A DNA stretch of 64,000 bases from positions 1,860,001-1,924,000 of the forward strand of contig CM120641.1 in NCBI GenBank assembly GCA_051362555.1, read 5' to 3'. This DNA is from Lingula anatina. Its lineage: Eukaryota > Animalia > Brachiopoda. The notes under the pieces were generated by a model. It was not told where the DNA came from. It ran no database searches and worked only from the letters and a program-made list of their open reading frames with translations. Shown piece after piece: positions 25,001 through 38,330 of this stretch (positions are counted from its first letter, which is position 1; the number at the start of each line of letters is the position of its first letter). The translations under genes were made by a program, and so were the position numbers.

Positions 25001-28000
25001 CTGACTAAATTATATATCTATGTACAGGGATCTTGGAAAATGTATTTATGGCCGATGTGTAGTGTTGCTGTACGCTTGTACAAATCTAAGGTGTTTTATC
25101 TATGTGTTTCCATCTGTTGCGTCAGATGTGCAAGTGAAATATGACGCACCATCAGCGTACACAGCCACCGGTCTTCACCCATATCTTTGGTCAAGAATTC
25201 GTCAGCCTTGGTCACCTTGGACGAGTAGAGGGGCAGGACATCTCGCAGTGCGGCCACCCTGTACACACTAAAGCAGCCTGGGCAGCACAGAACTGTTCCA
25301 AGGACGTCGTTGGCAGCCTGGTGAATAATCAATGACCCACTTATGCCATGAGATAACACTTTGACAATTGTGTTCAAACTATCCGGTACCAGCAACATAT
25401 TCAATATTTGTCTCCACCCGGGACTTCACCCTACATCAAGATGCGAGAGAGGGAATCTAAACCTGATTCACACCCTAAATGTGCTGACGACTTAGGCTCA
25501 GAATAGGAAGCAAATTGGACGCGGTATCTTTTAGAATTCCCAACAAAATTAGCTGTGCGTTTTTTTTCTAATTATATAAACTTTGTAAGTTTGGTAAGCG
25601 TGTGCAAGAGAAATGTCACGACGAATAAATGCAATTACAATGGTGCCATTAAATGTAAATTGAATTACTGACAAATAATACATGTAGTCATTAGGTACTG
25701 CACTATTAGATACCGGTACGCACCTTCTGAAACCAGTGCCCGATGGCATAGTCAAATGTCTGATACCACACCAATGGCCCTGAGCCCATGGGGTGAGTGC
25801 GCGCGCACACGGCCCCCACGTTGTTGTCACGGACCATATTGTCCAGTAGCGCCTCCACGGAGTCTGTGGAAAACTTGACGTCAGCGTCTGTGGTCAAAAT
25901 GAAGGTTTCGTGGTCGGACACTGAAATAATATATGCATTTAATGCGTTACTTAAATTATGGAATTTTATCCGCTGGGTCGAATTCGTTATTTACTTTAAA
26001 ATCATTTTGTTTCATTGAATTTTTTATTTATTTTGGGAAGAAAACTTTGAATATGCGTTAAATGTGTATATATGCCTTACTGTCGTCGTTTGCTTTCATC
26101 AAGAAGTCCATGACATACGACATGTACATGACTTGGCTCCAACGTTTTTTATTCTTCACCTGTAATGAATTGAAATTCTGTAACTACATAAAATGTTTCA
26201 ATGTTGATAGTTATATCTTAATTTAATATTGAGTCACTTCATTATTCAGTGGACGCTTGAAGGTGTTGCAAATATTAATTAACATCAAGTATTACGCCTA
26301 CCTTAAAATTGTCCTTTAAGTGGATTGTCAACGCCATTCCGCGTTTTCCAGGGGGCGCTCTCAACTGCCAAGACATACTCATCCCATAGGGCGTCATCAG
26401 CCGTGTGGCTTCTATGGTCGGTGAATCTGTGAACACGACAGAATATGTTTGGTTTGGTATGTAGTAAATGTAACTTGGTGGAAGGTAGTAGGGAGCAAAG
26501 TGTTTTTCAGTTCAGACATTCATGTCAACGGTTGTCATTTTTAAACGCATTCGTGCGTTTTTAATTGTAGTTTACTATTAAAATATTAAAATCTATTCCA
26601 CTTATTGAGAAACTATGTTGAGAGACAAAATAATTCTTTTTGAGATAACCTTTATCCATCAGGCCGATCGTTGTGATACAATTCAAAGCTATGTGCGTGG
26701 CATTTAGTGTGTTAGTTGTGCCAGAATAGAATTGACACAACGTGTTCAAGGAGGCGTGTCACTGAGGAGCAATTTGTTGGATGCGGCATCTGTTTTACGT
26801 TCACGCGTTAAGTATTTTACTCACCAAGGACAGTCTCTACCAATGACACCAACTGAAGTAGAAAATCTGACGCTTTCTTATCGCGGACTGCCGCATCAAA
26901 GAAGATATGTGCCTCAAAATGTCTGTCGAGGCCCGCCTGAGCACGGTTGATACATTCTAGTGATCGAAGAAACTGTTCCATCTCGTAGTCAGCCTAACAG
27001 TCATCAATAAACATACGAATATGTATAGGCCCTAATATTCAAAGCAATAAAGCATATTTTTTAAATATATTAAAATATATTTTGATATTAATAGGAGTAT
27101 TCTCAAGGGAGCAATATGCAACTTTCAATAGACAATAGTACAAATTTTGTAATTTTTATAAGCAGGTCAAATGTTATTTCTCTTAAAAGAATGCTTTGTT
27201 TATGCATTAGTATTGCTATTTCTCATCCATCATGTGAAACATCGAGTTGCAGAAAGGATATGGGTGTCATAATGTCGCATTTTATCTAAATTTCATAACA
27301 CTTCTGAAGGTTGATAATTCTTTTCGACTCAGAACTTTACCTCCCTGTACATAGTTGTGCAGATATAAACTCGGGTCCTCTTGGCTCTCTCCAGTGGCGC
27401 CTCGTAGCGGTACATACTCTGCGTTGTTTTGCGGGAAAGCTGTAGCCATTGCTCCAGCAGAGTAGCATTGTAACCCGGAAGCCAGAAAAGCTTTAAAAAG
27501 ATTGTTAAAAATTAAAAAGGCACTTAGGTATAACACGCTTAGGTAGTAATGACCAATGTGTCTTATCAATAGATAATATTGAACTAGTCGCATAATGAAT
27601 AGGAGTGAAAATTAAAGGTTTAGTTAGTGGCAATTGCTTCTATTTTTAAAAAAACATTATTGATTGATGTGGCGCATTGCAATATGTATTCTGAATGGTA
27701 TAATACCAGTAAGTAGTTTTACTTACAAAAGGCTCCTTTTCCATCACGACAATTTGGTTTCTGAAGATGAAAACTCCTGTTGATAATATTTGAGCCAAGA
27801 ACAAAGCGACCCCTGCAGGAACTTGCCAATACAAGGATTTTTCGAAGTCAATGACGCGTGCATCGTGAGTGTTCTCGCCTAAATATGTCCTTATAGCCAA
27901 AAACGCGACGGCACAAGGAGTGCTGAGAAGCAGGGGCAGGGCAAATGCGTACTTTTGCATGCACATCATGCAGGCAAACAGGGACAGTATATACCCCAGA

Positions 28001-30511
28001 AAACTGCACGTGATGTTCAGTATGAAGTAAATCACCAGGTTGCCGTGCCACGTGTTGATATCAAACCCTTTGTACTGTCCGATGAAGGTAAAAAGAGTTG
28101 ACAGCACATCGGGATCATAGTGTATATCGGCCAGTGCAGCAAATGCCAAGGCTATGCACGGCGTAAGTACAAGTTTCCAGATGCTTGTGAGAATACTTTG
28201 TTTCCATCGGGCGCTGCTGTTTGGCATCACGTCAATGAGATCATCTATGTTTACAGTGCTGGCCCCAAACTCGCCACTTCGCATAGAGGCTGTGTGTGGC
28301 GAAGCTTGGATGTCTTGATCATCGATATAACTGCCATCTGGCGAGAGACTGTGGTTGGCAGCTTGCATTCTAACTCCAGATTGCCGTAAGGCAATCGTGC
28401 TTCGGGTCATGTTCCGCGACATTTCAAACTCCACGTGGGCGCTTCGTTGTGGATATAATTGAGCTTTCTGTATTAGCGGGCACCAAGCCAAGGAAAGGAA
28501 CAACATGGCGATAGGTGTCTCCCAGGATAGACGCTCAGGAACATGTACGTCGGTGTAGCCTTGAAACATGGATGTCACCATACCACCGACCTCCATGAAG
28601 AATGCAAAGAGGAAGGCGAAAAAATGGATTTTGTTGGTTGTTTCCAGACGACGAAATGATTTCACAAGACTAGTGATGATAGGAATGAAAAAGACGCCGT
28701 TCATCAAGAAGACAGCCACAATTGGATTGTAGTTCCTCATAGTGATAAGACAAAGTAGAAGCAATCCGGTTACCTCCAGAATACTGCCAACAATCCCCTG
28801 CAATTGTATTCAGCTACGCTTTAATGCATTCACTTTTGGCAGGAAGAGATATATAACTAAAGATATTATCTGAAATGGTTACATGTAAGCCTACTGGGTA
28901 TTTTCAGTAAATGGGACATAAACTATCCCCTTCATTCTGTCCCTACCCTGAGGACAATGACCCATACCAAAACTATTACCCCTCACAAACTACATAAAGC
29001 ACCAGTCTACGGAGATTAGGATTTAAATTCTATGCCCCGCCCATAATTATTTCCATGCCAATGCAAGTATTGTTTACTATGTATTCCGGGTGCCATCTGA
29101 ATACAAGCCGATCATTTACATAAAGAAAAGTTAGACATTTTAAGGTTTTCTTCCCGCGTACTGAGTGAAACTATTTTTGTCTACATAGCACATAATTTAA
29201 AAAACTTAAATTCTGACTGAAAAAAAAATAGCAAGCGGAAAAATGTAACAACAGATAAGTGATACAAGCACATATGACTCCCACTAGCATACATGTATCA
29301 TGGCGTCACTGTTTGACAATTAGCTGGGCAAAGTGGGCATACAGCACTTGCGGCAGCTATTTACAGACAACCTTTAAACAATTTTGGACTAATAAGCCCA
29401 CATAAATAATATAATGGGCATGTTGAAGTATTTTCAGAAATTGACAGTCTTTATCACTATTAGTTGGCTTCATATCGTGACAGGTACATATACATGATGA
29501 TAAGATACCAGAGATACACTGACAGTAGATAACTGGGCAAGGAGAGGAGGGGGCGTCTGCGCATGCGTTACATGCCAGGTGACACAGACGATTTTCAGTG
29601 GTTCGAAAGCTTTTCGTTTTTCAAAAGACATCGATTTCACATTATTTTACACATTGGTTTTACACCATTCACACAGAAATAACGAGTTAGGTCCAGATAA
29701 GAATGTTTGCAACTCTGTAAAATTAATCCCATGAAAAAAACAATTCCTACAAAACTCTGCAGGAATCGATAGGAATAATACAGGATATATGGGACTCTTT
29801 AGAAAGAATACAGAACTTTATTGGGCTGTATGGGGATTTTATTGCACGCCCTACATGATTCCAATCTAGGACATATGTCCTATGGGACCCTATAGAAAAT
29901 GTCCGTATTGAACCACCTACCCAGAACACGGCCAGTCCTGAGGGCCAGGGCATGTCCCGCCTGAAAGACCCCACCCACACCGCCACCACCAGGGTCACGA
30001 GGTACGGGAACATGGTTGTCAAGATCACCATCAAAAACGCAACCTCCTGGCGCAATTTGTTGTTATCCGAATGCTGTGATGGAACTGTTGGTGCAACTTC
30101 TCTCCTTCTTGGGTAACTTGTGTTAATTTTTCCCAAGTTAAAACCGGTGCTGTTGGCGTCTTGGAAGGTTTCGTTGACTGCTCGTGCTATGTAGACTGCA
30201 GAGAGTTTGCTCGCCACGATGGCGGCAGTGACACAGGCAAACATGGCAAAAGTGACAAGCCATTTTAAGATGGTCAGTGCCTTTGATGGCCGCTGGCTGT
30301 AGAGGAGTCTGGCGTTCAACTCGGCCTCTACTTTCGATTTTTTGCCCACTGTCAGATGTTCGTCATATGTGGCGTCTGGGGTGTCAGCGTCTGCGCTATT
30401 TTGGAAAGATTGTACTTTCGCCGTTGACCGAAACTGAACTTCTTGCCCGCCAGCGACTGCGTTCTGCTCCGTTACTGGTAGCGTTAAAGAGTCGCTTCGC
30501 TCGGAAGCCAT
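17207..30511 (-). CDS. CHS: Chitin synthase (GT2 family) with two C-terminal SAM domains, about 1585 aa, 23 coding exons
   Basis: Exons: 30511-29921, 28797-27727, 27490-27341, 26993-26825, 26426-26302, 26159-26081, 25920-25724, 25317-25150, 24868-24613, 24216-24101, 23121-23001, 22622-22545, 22332-22183, 21923-21827, 21203-21047, 20860-20782, 20344-20250, 19945-19775, 19286-19136, 18876-18823, 18576-18418, 18059-17934, 17604-17207 (4758 nt, in frame). Hallmark motifs: CTTMYRE, KNKKRWSQVMYM, DADV, YQTFDYAIGHW, LCCPGCFSVYR, MGEDRWLCTL, QRRRW and SWGTRE. SAM-like segments: VENWL...YASRLRRQGFDD...AHRKAII and WEWLQYLGMDQYYPHFKKN...LGVRKPGHLKFLLKAI. Confidence 0.95.
19576..19743. mobile_element. 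Short TIR element with a 5-bp TSD (hAT5-like MITE) in a CHS intron
   Basis: ATAAG|CAGGTGCGGATTTAG...CTGGATCCGCCCCTG|ATAAG. Confidence 0.7.
21967..22038. repeat. Compound (CA)n(GA)n microsatellite
   Basis: Directly visible. It generates the spurious HTHT/RERE ORFs. Confidence 0.95.
29725..29910. mobile_element. Short dispersed repeat (probable MITE); second copy at about 50075-50198
   Basis: Both sites share the core TCTAGGACATATGTCCT(A/C)TGGGACCCTAT(A/G)GAAAAT. Confidence 0.55.
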
Positions 30512-31051
30512 TTTTTGTTTCTGTTGCCCAAGAACGGCCGCTTGACTTGTCTGAATGCTTGGCTTTTCACGTGTTCAACATACGAAGGCTAAAAGGGCGC
30601 AGCCGTGATCGTCACTGTGCGACAATAATCACATGTACTGGTTATCTACTGTAGCTCTGGATTTAAACATATCCTCTATATAAATACTGGACGGAAAACC
30701 GCTGGAATCGGCCAAACAATCTGTATCACTATCACATGCACCGAGGCAAATCTCGATTCAATCCAATAGTTTACATAACAGTGCGTGTTATCTCTAAGTA
30801 CCGATATTAGAAATAATAACGCCGTGTGCCATATCTGTGGAAATATCTAACAATGTCTCGTCGTGATTTCATACACAAAGGCCAACGATGATGACACATC
30901 TGCGTCTGAAAGTTTTTTTTTGTTTGTTTTTTGGTTCATCGATACCATTTCTAGATAAACGTATATACCTATTTGTAAAACATAATCCCACCGGCCGTTG
31001 GCAAAAATTGTAATTGTTATTTATTCAGTTTACAACATTATTTATAACATT

Positions 31052-31084
<33 letters not shown>

Positions 31085-31566
31085 TTTATTCAGTTTAGAA
31101 CATAACTTACAAATCACAGTCGCGCGGTAGCGTTCTGGCCAGTTCTGGTAGTCGGCGGTAAGAGAAGGCTACTACGGTAATGAAGTCAGGATGTACATGT
31201 GTGCCGCTGATGATAAACAAGGACAATATAAAGGAGCAAATTTTAAGCTATTTCAACAAAGTCTTATTTAAAAACATATTCACGCATTAAAAAGGAATCT
31301 AAAAATTACAGCAACAGAGTAGAAAAAGGCAGAAATTTCATTCTGAGCATGAAAGTGATCAGATATGTTAAGCTTGTCAAATGCGCGGTTGTGCAAACAA
31401 CCGAGTCCACACTGAAAAATTGTCAGCGAAATGATTCATTCAATCGGATATGAATAAACCAAGATAATTAAGATATTTCATTTCAAACATTAATCTCTGC
31501 ATCTTGTAATGTCTAATATAGTACTTCTTAATACATAATTAATCTTTAACCCTACAGAAGTAGATG

Positions 31567-31569
<3 letters not shown>

Positions 31570-31612
<43 letters not shown>
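31570..31612. repeat. (TAA)n microsatellite
   Basis: Directly visible. Similar (ATT)n at about 43221-43258 and (TTAT)n at about 31060-31090. Confidence 0.9.
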
Positions 31613-31613
<1 letters not shown>

Positions 31614-32598
31614 CACCTAGACTATCAGTTAAACATGTAAAACACACACACCATACATATATCTAATTATTTGAAAATTTCTCCCTTTTATATCTTTTAA
31701 TATTTTCATGACGCTCAGTTTTTCTTTCCTTAGACTTCTTTTCTCGGAGTTATTCTTAGTGTTAATGTATAAGAAACAAAGGCCATCAACACATTTAGAT
31801 CGGGTAGCTAATCCGCTTGAAGCAGTAAGTATAAATTAAGGTGGGACAGTGCGTTCGAAATGAAGACGTAACATGACCGTCTTTATCAACGCACAGTGTA
31901 GGTCCGTCTTTCCACGAAACACTGATGGTCCAGTCCAGCAAATCGTTTTTAGGTTATCTCGGGCTAAGATCTAATAAACAGATCTTAGTCTCGGGGAAAC
32001 AGCAGTGTCTCTGGTGTGGAAGGGAAATGGTGTCAGGGACCACAGTATTGAAAAAAAAATAATTAATGTATTTAAATGTTACATACTTGTCGTGGTAATA
32101 ATTCAATCAGGGAAAGCTATAATAGTCTATAAGTACATAGCTTTAGGTAATATTTCAAACCTAACAGTTCAAATTTTAATGTGCTTTGTTTCAATTTAAT
32201 AATAATCCGTTAGATCTTGATTACATGGATTTATTTTGTTGTGCCCGCCAGGAGGGGACGGACTGGTGTTTAAATTAACCACTCACTTTATGATTTATTC
32301 GATTGACAATTTAATCGATAAAGTTAAGCATAAAAGTTAAGCATAAAATTCTGTGAACTCAAATCTAGAGATGGAAAAGACTAAAGAATGGAGATGTCTG
32401 GAAGCTTGAAGCTTGGATTTGACATTGCTTGTATCATGTAAAGTTTTGTTCAGCTAAATACATTCTATTGAAGTTTCAGTATGGTGTCATTTCATTCTGT
32501 GCAGAATTTAGGACCTAGAACCTGGGAATCTCCGTAGCAGTAATACACATTCCGTTACCCAATGATGTGAGCCCATTGTGCCCCTCTCCTGGTGTTTT

Positions 32599-32885
32599 AT
32601 AAATGAAAAGCCGAAATACTTTCATACCGTTAGCTTACGACCAACATGGGCGAAGGCCTTCATCAGACTGATGTGAGTAGATGTTGACACTCATTGACCG
32701 CTAGGTGGTATAGCGGCCAGGACCCTCTTATAAATGTCAGGTAGATCGACCCCCGTCCCTATTCATGGTTAGCTGGTAAATTACGCCCAAGTTGGCCGTA
32801 AGCTAACGGTACGAATATATTTCGACTTGTGTTTGATAATTTTCATTTATGATGCAACTACCAAGCAAATGAAAATTTTGCTCAT
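32599..32885. mobile_element. Probable Penelope-like retroelement terminus in inverted arrangement, with a hammerhead-like motif
   Basis: An imperfect inverted repeat of about 44 bp (32609-32652 versus 32784-32827). The - strand reads CTGATGA-AGGCC...GGTC-GTAA-GCTA-ACGGT. Confidence 0.5.
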
Positions 32886-35800
32886 CCTGATGGTTTATTA
32901 TAAAGGATTTTTTTAATGTATTGGGGGGGGGGGGGGGGTCCGGGTTATACATGTAACAAAAAAGGTCTCTCATAAAAGACATTGCATGACATTTCGCAAA
33001 TGATAATCTAACCGTCTTCTTCTTCTTGAGTAAGTGTAAATGTTGTAAGTAAAGTGAGGTGTTGGTTGTACCCCGTAGGTCAAAATGCCTGATTGTGCTA
33101 GCCTCCGTCTCTCTTGCCTCCTCACATTACACATACCCACGAAGAAAAATGTAAAAAAACATAATCTTGACGCAATCTCTTTTACAAGAGCATAGGCCTA
33201 AAAGTATCTTCGGACTGTGAAAAACGGGCTCTTCCACCGTGCTTAGCATGGTCCCCGTCTGTCGCAGATTCGCATTATCTAGAAAAAAATGGACATGAGT
33301 AATAATGTGTCCAAAATTAAGTTAAAGACGGACAGTAGAAGACAAAACACAAGCGATGGTGACAGCACGCGCCAAACCTATTGCAATGAGACGGTTGAGG
33401 CGTTTAGAAATCTGTATTATAAATACTCATGACTGGATTCCTCCCCAACAAAGCGCTTGGAATATAAATTACACGTACCCCTCGCCCCTGCGAAAATAAC
33501 ACCTCCGATATTAAGGAATCAAATTTTTCAAATGCGAGCCGGTAGGGGTCTATAATATCCTTTAGTTGGCATAAAGAATGCAGGTAAACGAAGCCTAAAC
33601 ACGACGAACAATAGACGAGTTGTGAGCATTGTGCCCAAGGCAAACAATAGGGCGGTGACTGTGGGGAGATTGTTATGTTAATACCGAGCACAGGTAGACA
33701 TTGCCTGGTGCGGACTTAGTGTAGTGAAGTTCAACACATACGGTGTGTTATAAAGACACTACCAGGAAGAAGCGGTAACTTCTTCAGGGTTCGTGGGGTC
33801 AAAGATGATTTCAAGCTGACGTTAACATAGTAACGCCGCGTTTTAACTTCCTCGTAGATCCTAAAAGCCACAAGGGAGACGCTGTTTGTAGTTGTTGGGG
33901 ATAAAAAGGAGCAGAGAGGAGAGAGTAGACCTGCAAAGGACATCTTTACATACAAGTGACTACATGTACCACACCCATCACCAGTGAGTCAAGAGGGCGG
34001 TTACAACATAAGTGTGGCCGGTCAAATGATTCTGGGCAGTGTAACGACACAGAGACCCGCCTTAGCCTCTGAGAGAGGGCTATAAGTTTCGTTATCGGAT
34101 TTATATTGTGAAATCATGTATAATAAGGAGGGATATTTTACCAGTGCGTAAACAGTAGTACAGAGACGACTGAGGAGGGGTTTGGCCAGCATACATCGTG
34201 CTGGAAGACGGAGGAAGGCCCCTGAGTGGTCTGATTTAAATAACACATAACAGGTAATATCTGATTTCTTATTACAAATGAAAATAATTATTTAAATAAA
34301 GTAAATGTCACTTTAGCTCCCAGGATCCAGGGCCTCTTGCTGCATTTGCAATATTGGGTTAAATTTCACAAATTTATTAATAGTCACACGCAAAATTAGT
34401 TAATTTAATCAAAATGAAAATTATTGTGGCCTTGACGGATTTATCATTTCCACTATTTTGTACGGTGCTCCAATAATAGAATTCTATTTTTCCCCAATAT
34501 CTTCAATGTAAACAATCAGTGAAGAGTTTTTTATGCAAAATTAGGATCCGCCAGTGTGAAATAAGACTTTTTCTCAGTTATTGAAATCATCGTCTGAATT
34601 CTAAATGTTTCAAAGAGCATTTCCCAGCTTACCTCATGTGTCTAAAGATCTGAAGGTGTGAATATACACTAGTAAATTTTAAATATATTAATTAAAATTA
34701 ATGGATGCAAGTCTTTCAAGTAGTATTCGGTTAATATTTCTATTTCTGTTTTATTTAAGATTATAAAGAAAAGGAACTCAGCTTTAGCTTATCACTGGAA
34801 AATTTGACTTATATTTCATGAGCTCTGACAGCTGCCAAACATATGATAATTGTAAAGATATGTGTATACCAAGTTTTGCTTTCGGCAAAACATAAAACGA
34901 TTACATGTTGAATTCTTAACCTTGGCCCATTCTTTGGTTTGACTCACAACTCTGTAATTTTTCGCCAATTTTATTATTCCTTTGTTTAGCGCACTTTAGC
35001 TTAATTTGAACTGAATATATAACCCGTAATTTTATATATCTATAATTATTCCATTAATTATGTCCATTAAATACTTAACAAGTTCAAATATGTATAAATG
35101 TCTTTGTTCATAAGTTTCTTCGTTTTTTAAATTACCTTTCTGAATGGTCGACAAGTTGAAAACATTTCATGAGAGTTTATATGTTCATCATAAAAGCTCA
35201 ACTGAGCTATGACAAGTGGTGCTTCCTGTCGTCCACACCTGACATACATTAACTGGACACCGAACATATGTCAGGGATCACACCGTCCGCGTTCTAAAGA
35301 TCTCACCTCAGCTTAGCCCTGCCTGCATAGAGAAAGATTGGAATGACATACAATTTCTTTGTTTGCTGCATTAATAGCATTCCCCTGCCATTCCATCAGT
35401 ACCATACAAAATTACCGCATGTGTGAAAACTGTCCCCATTTACGTAAGAAACTGTCACCGAAGTGCCACAATATAAATTAATGCTTTACACATAGGGGGG
35501 ACCAGTATGTTTTAGTAACATGTATTTCATATGTGGCATTTGTATATTTATTGGCATGTCAGCTTAGTGCAAATGACCATTCTTTTGCTAATGTATCTCA
35601 CATGAATCACCGTATGCACAGACCTCTGTGTTAGTTTATGCACATTTTTTTTGAAAGGTGGTTTATTTGCTTTTCACGATGGGCTGAAATGCAGGTTAAT
35701 ACAGCTATGATAAAATCGGGACTTAACTACAGCGATTAGAAATAATCCTCTAATTTAAGTATAGACTTATAACAGAATGATTTTGATTTGTTTTTATCAA

Positions 35801-36063
35801 GAATTTTTAGTTTTAATTAATCTTAGATAGATACACAAATAGCATTTAATTCAAAACCATTTCCAGTGGGTTTTTCTTGACATTGTGCGTTAGGAAAAGA
35901 ATCATATTACAAGTAATATTTACGCGTTATTTCAAGCCTGCTGTACTATTTGAAAACATTTCTTTTTTGAAAGCTTTTTCGTGTTTCCATTGTCCACCAT
36001 TGTCGTATTATTTTCAGTATCAAATATCTCTTTCATTTTTGCAGGTCTCAGTAAAAAGTCAAC

Positions 36064-38330
36064 ATGGCGTTAGAATCCGATTTGATTGGCGTGCTAGTAG
36101 GCGGGGTTATCGGAGGCGTAATTTTGATCATTGTGCTCATTCTTCTGTGCTATTTAGCGTGCAGGTAAGTGTAAATATGACACATACGTATTTCTTAATC
36201 CAAAATAATTTTTTAAAGTATGGTATATGTAATCAAATTCCAAAGCAGAAGAGATATGCCTCGGCCTCAATAACCCACCCTGAGCTTGAAAAGGCAAGGG
36301 TTGCTATAGTGTATAGGTTTGTTTCAAGTTATCTCTGAAGCTCAGGGTGGGATAAACAGACATGATTGCAAAACCATATCAACAAATATAGCATGAAATA
36401 GGACCATTTTGTATCGTTTTAACTTTCAAGCAACACATTCTGTCGTATCACTTTTCAAGTGCAAGTATCTGTGATTCTTCGCCCATTTTCAATCCGCAGA
36501 TCTAAACCAAAGCAGAAATACCAGAAACACCGCCAGTTCTACGACCCCGGTAGCTACCTTCCCTCAGTGGAACCGTCCCTTGTTCACGGGAGCGTATCCA
36601 GTCTTACAAAACCCCACCACGCCGGCCGTTGGATATCCTCTGACCCTTACGGCGGCTCTCTACCCACCGGTATGAATAGGTGGGGCTCCAACCCGGGGAT
36701 GTACGCCGTGGGACCCAACCCCGCCTACCAGCAGTTCCACAGGGGATTCCACGGGTTTGAGAACTTGGAGCGCGGGAAGGCGCACTCAGAGCAAAGATTA
36801 GATACACGTGAGTAGCAATTCGTGTTAAGCAAATCGAAGCATTTATTTAATGTATGAACCCCAATTTTCTGTAACCGTTTCGGCCAAAATCTGCTTAAAA
36901 TTATTGAAACTTAAGCAAAGACACTGACTAATTATATAGCTATTAAATAGCTGTACTACTTTGTATAGTACATTACACTGAGCGTCAGGTCAGATGTATG
37001 TCAGCTTCTTCATTCACATAAGTAGGCTTCAGATTTGACTTCCTCTGTTGAAAAATCACCTGCCTCGATCCACTGGTTAACATATAACCCAGGGCGTATT
37101 AAAGGAAAAAATAAAGGTGCGCTGTCTCCATTTTCAGTTGGCGTCTCCCGTCAACCTGTTCGCCGTGCCAATAGCAGTATGTTGCAGCCCCCTCCTGGGA
37201 AAGCGTTCTACCAGGCTAGGTCGCCATTTGTGCCTTTAGAAACCAACTTCGAGACACAGTTACAGGAAACATTTATATCTGGTAATGCCTCAATATTCCT
37301 CATTTTTTTAAAAAGTATAATTAATTTAACCTGTCAATTTCAAAATGCCGATACTTTGTGTTCAAAAACGCTAAGAAAAATCTCAATAAATTTTTTCCGT
37401 AAATTGTCTACAAATATTAAGTCAGATGTGTTATTTTCTTTTTAAATTTCTATAAGTTGATATCCTTTCTGATCATGAGGCGAGAAATTCGCCATCTTGC
37501 GTTGGGTCCGCCCATGAAAGTTAACTGAACATTTGCACATTTTGTTTTTTTGTTGTATTTCCAGACGGCACAATACGTGATAACAGTGCTTTATTTGACA
37601 TGCCCCGACACAGCATAGAGTCCTCGTCGCTAGGGACGCCTGGTTCCAGAGCAAGACTCCTGAAAAATACTAATACAGACGGTGGTGCGTATAATTTCGG
37701 GTATGAGAGCGAAGAGGAAGGAGAAGAAGAACAAGAACAGCAAGCGTCCCCCAATCATATCGGCGTAGTTCGACCCATTAGCAGGGCTAGTCATGGTACT
37801 TCGAAATCTGACGTTGGTAAGTGGGCACTTTGGCGTTTTTTAGTAGATTTTTAGAAGAATTTATTTCGGGCGTCTATTTACGTTACCCAGCAGAAGAAAC
37901 TGTTAAGCTTTTGGCACTGTTTTTTATTTTGTTGAGTCTTAGTTGTTAAACTGCACCTAACTGACGACTATAACCTTATGCTTATTGTGCTGTTATTTGG
38001 TCGTCTGGCTAAGACCTCCGCTACAATTAGCTTTTAATTGTTGAAATTTCTTTTGTTTCATCTCGGCCTTCTTTTTCTTTCAACACAACTTTCGCTTTGG
38101 TTCCGTATTATTTTATTTGTGTTTTTCTCAGGTAAAGGGTAGTTATGTATAAACTTTATTATTTCCCCCTCTTGTGATACTATTATGTTCCATGTGCTTA
38201 GCTTTCTCCAACCTTTTGCTTCATCTCTTCTATAGGGCAACACGTAAATGAAACTGCTGAAGCATTTAAGTTCTTGGACGGTTATTTCAAAGACGAAGAA
38301 GTGACACCTATTGTTGGGAAGCGTAACTAA
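36064..38330 (+). CDS. Uncharacterised single-pass membrane protein (N-terminal TM helix, long low-complexity cytoplasmic tail), about 280-300 aa
   Basis: Phase-consistent GT-AG exons: 36064-36164 (MALESDLIGVLVGGVIGGVILIIVLILLCYLACR), 36500-36807, 37138-37281 and 37565-37816. The last exon is either 38236-38330 (…ETAEAFKFLDGYFKDEEV…RN*) or 38482-38522 (DKQSDVSDISGVY*). Probable 5'UTR exon ends at 34253 (CAG|GTAAT); AATAAA at 40181. Confidence 0.72.
36274..36351. repeat. Small inverted-repeat element (14-bp perfect arms)
   Basis: CCCACCCTGAGCTT ... AAGCTCAGGGTGGG. A related CTCAGGGTGGGA motif occurs near 52240. Confidence 0.6.
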
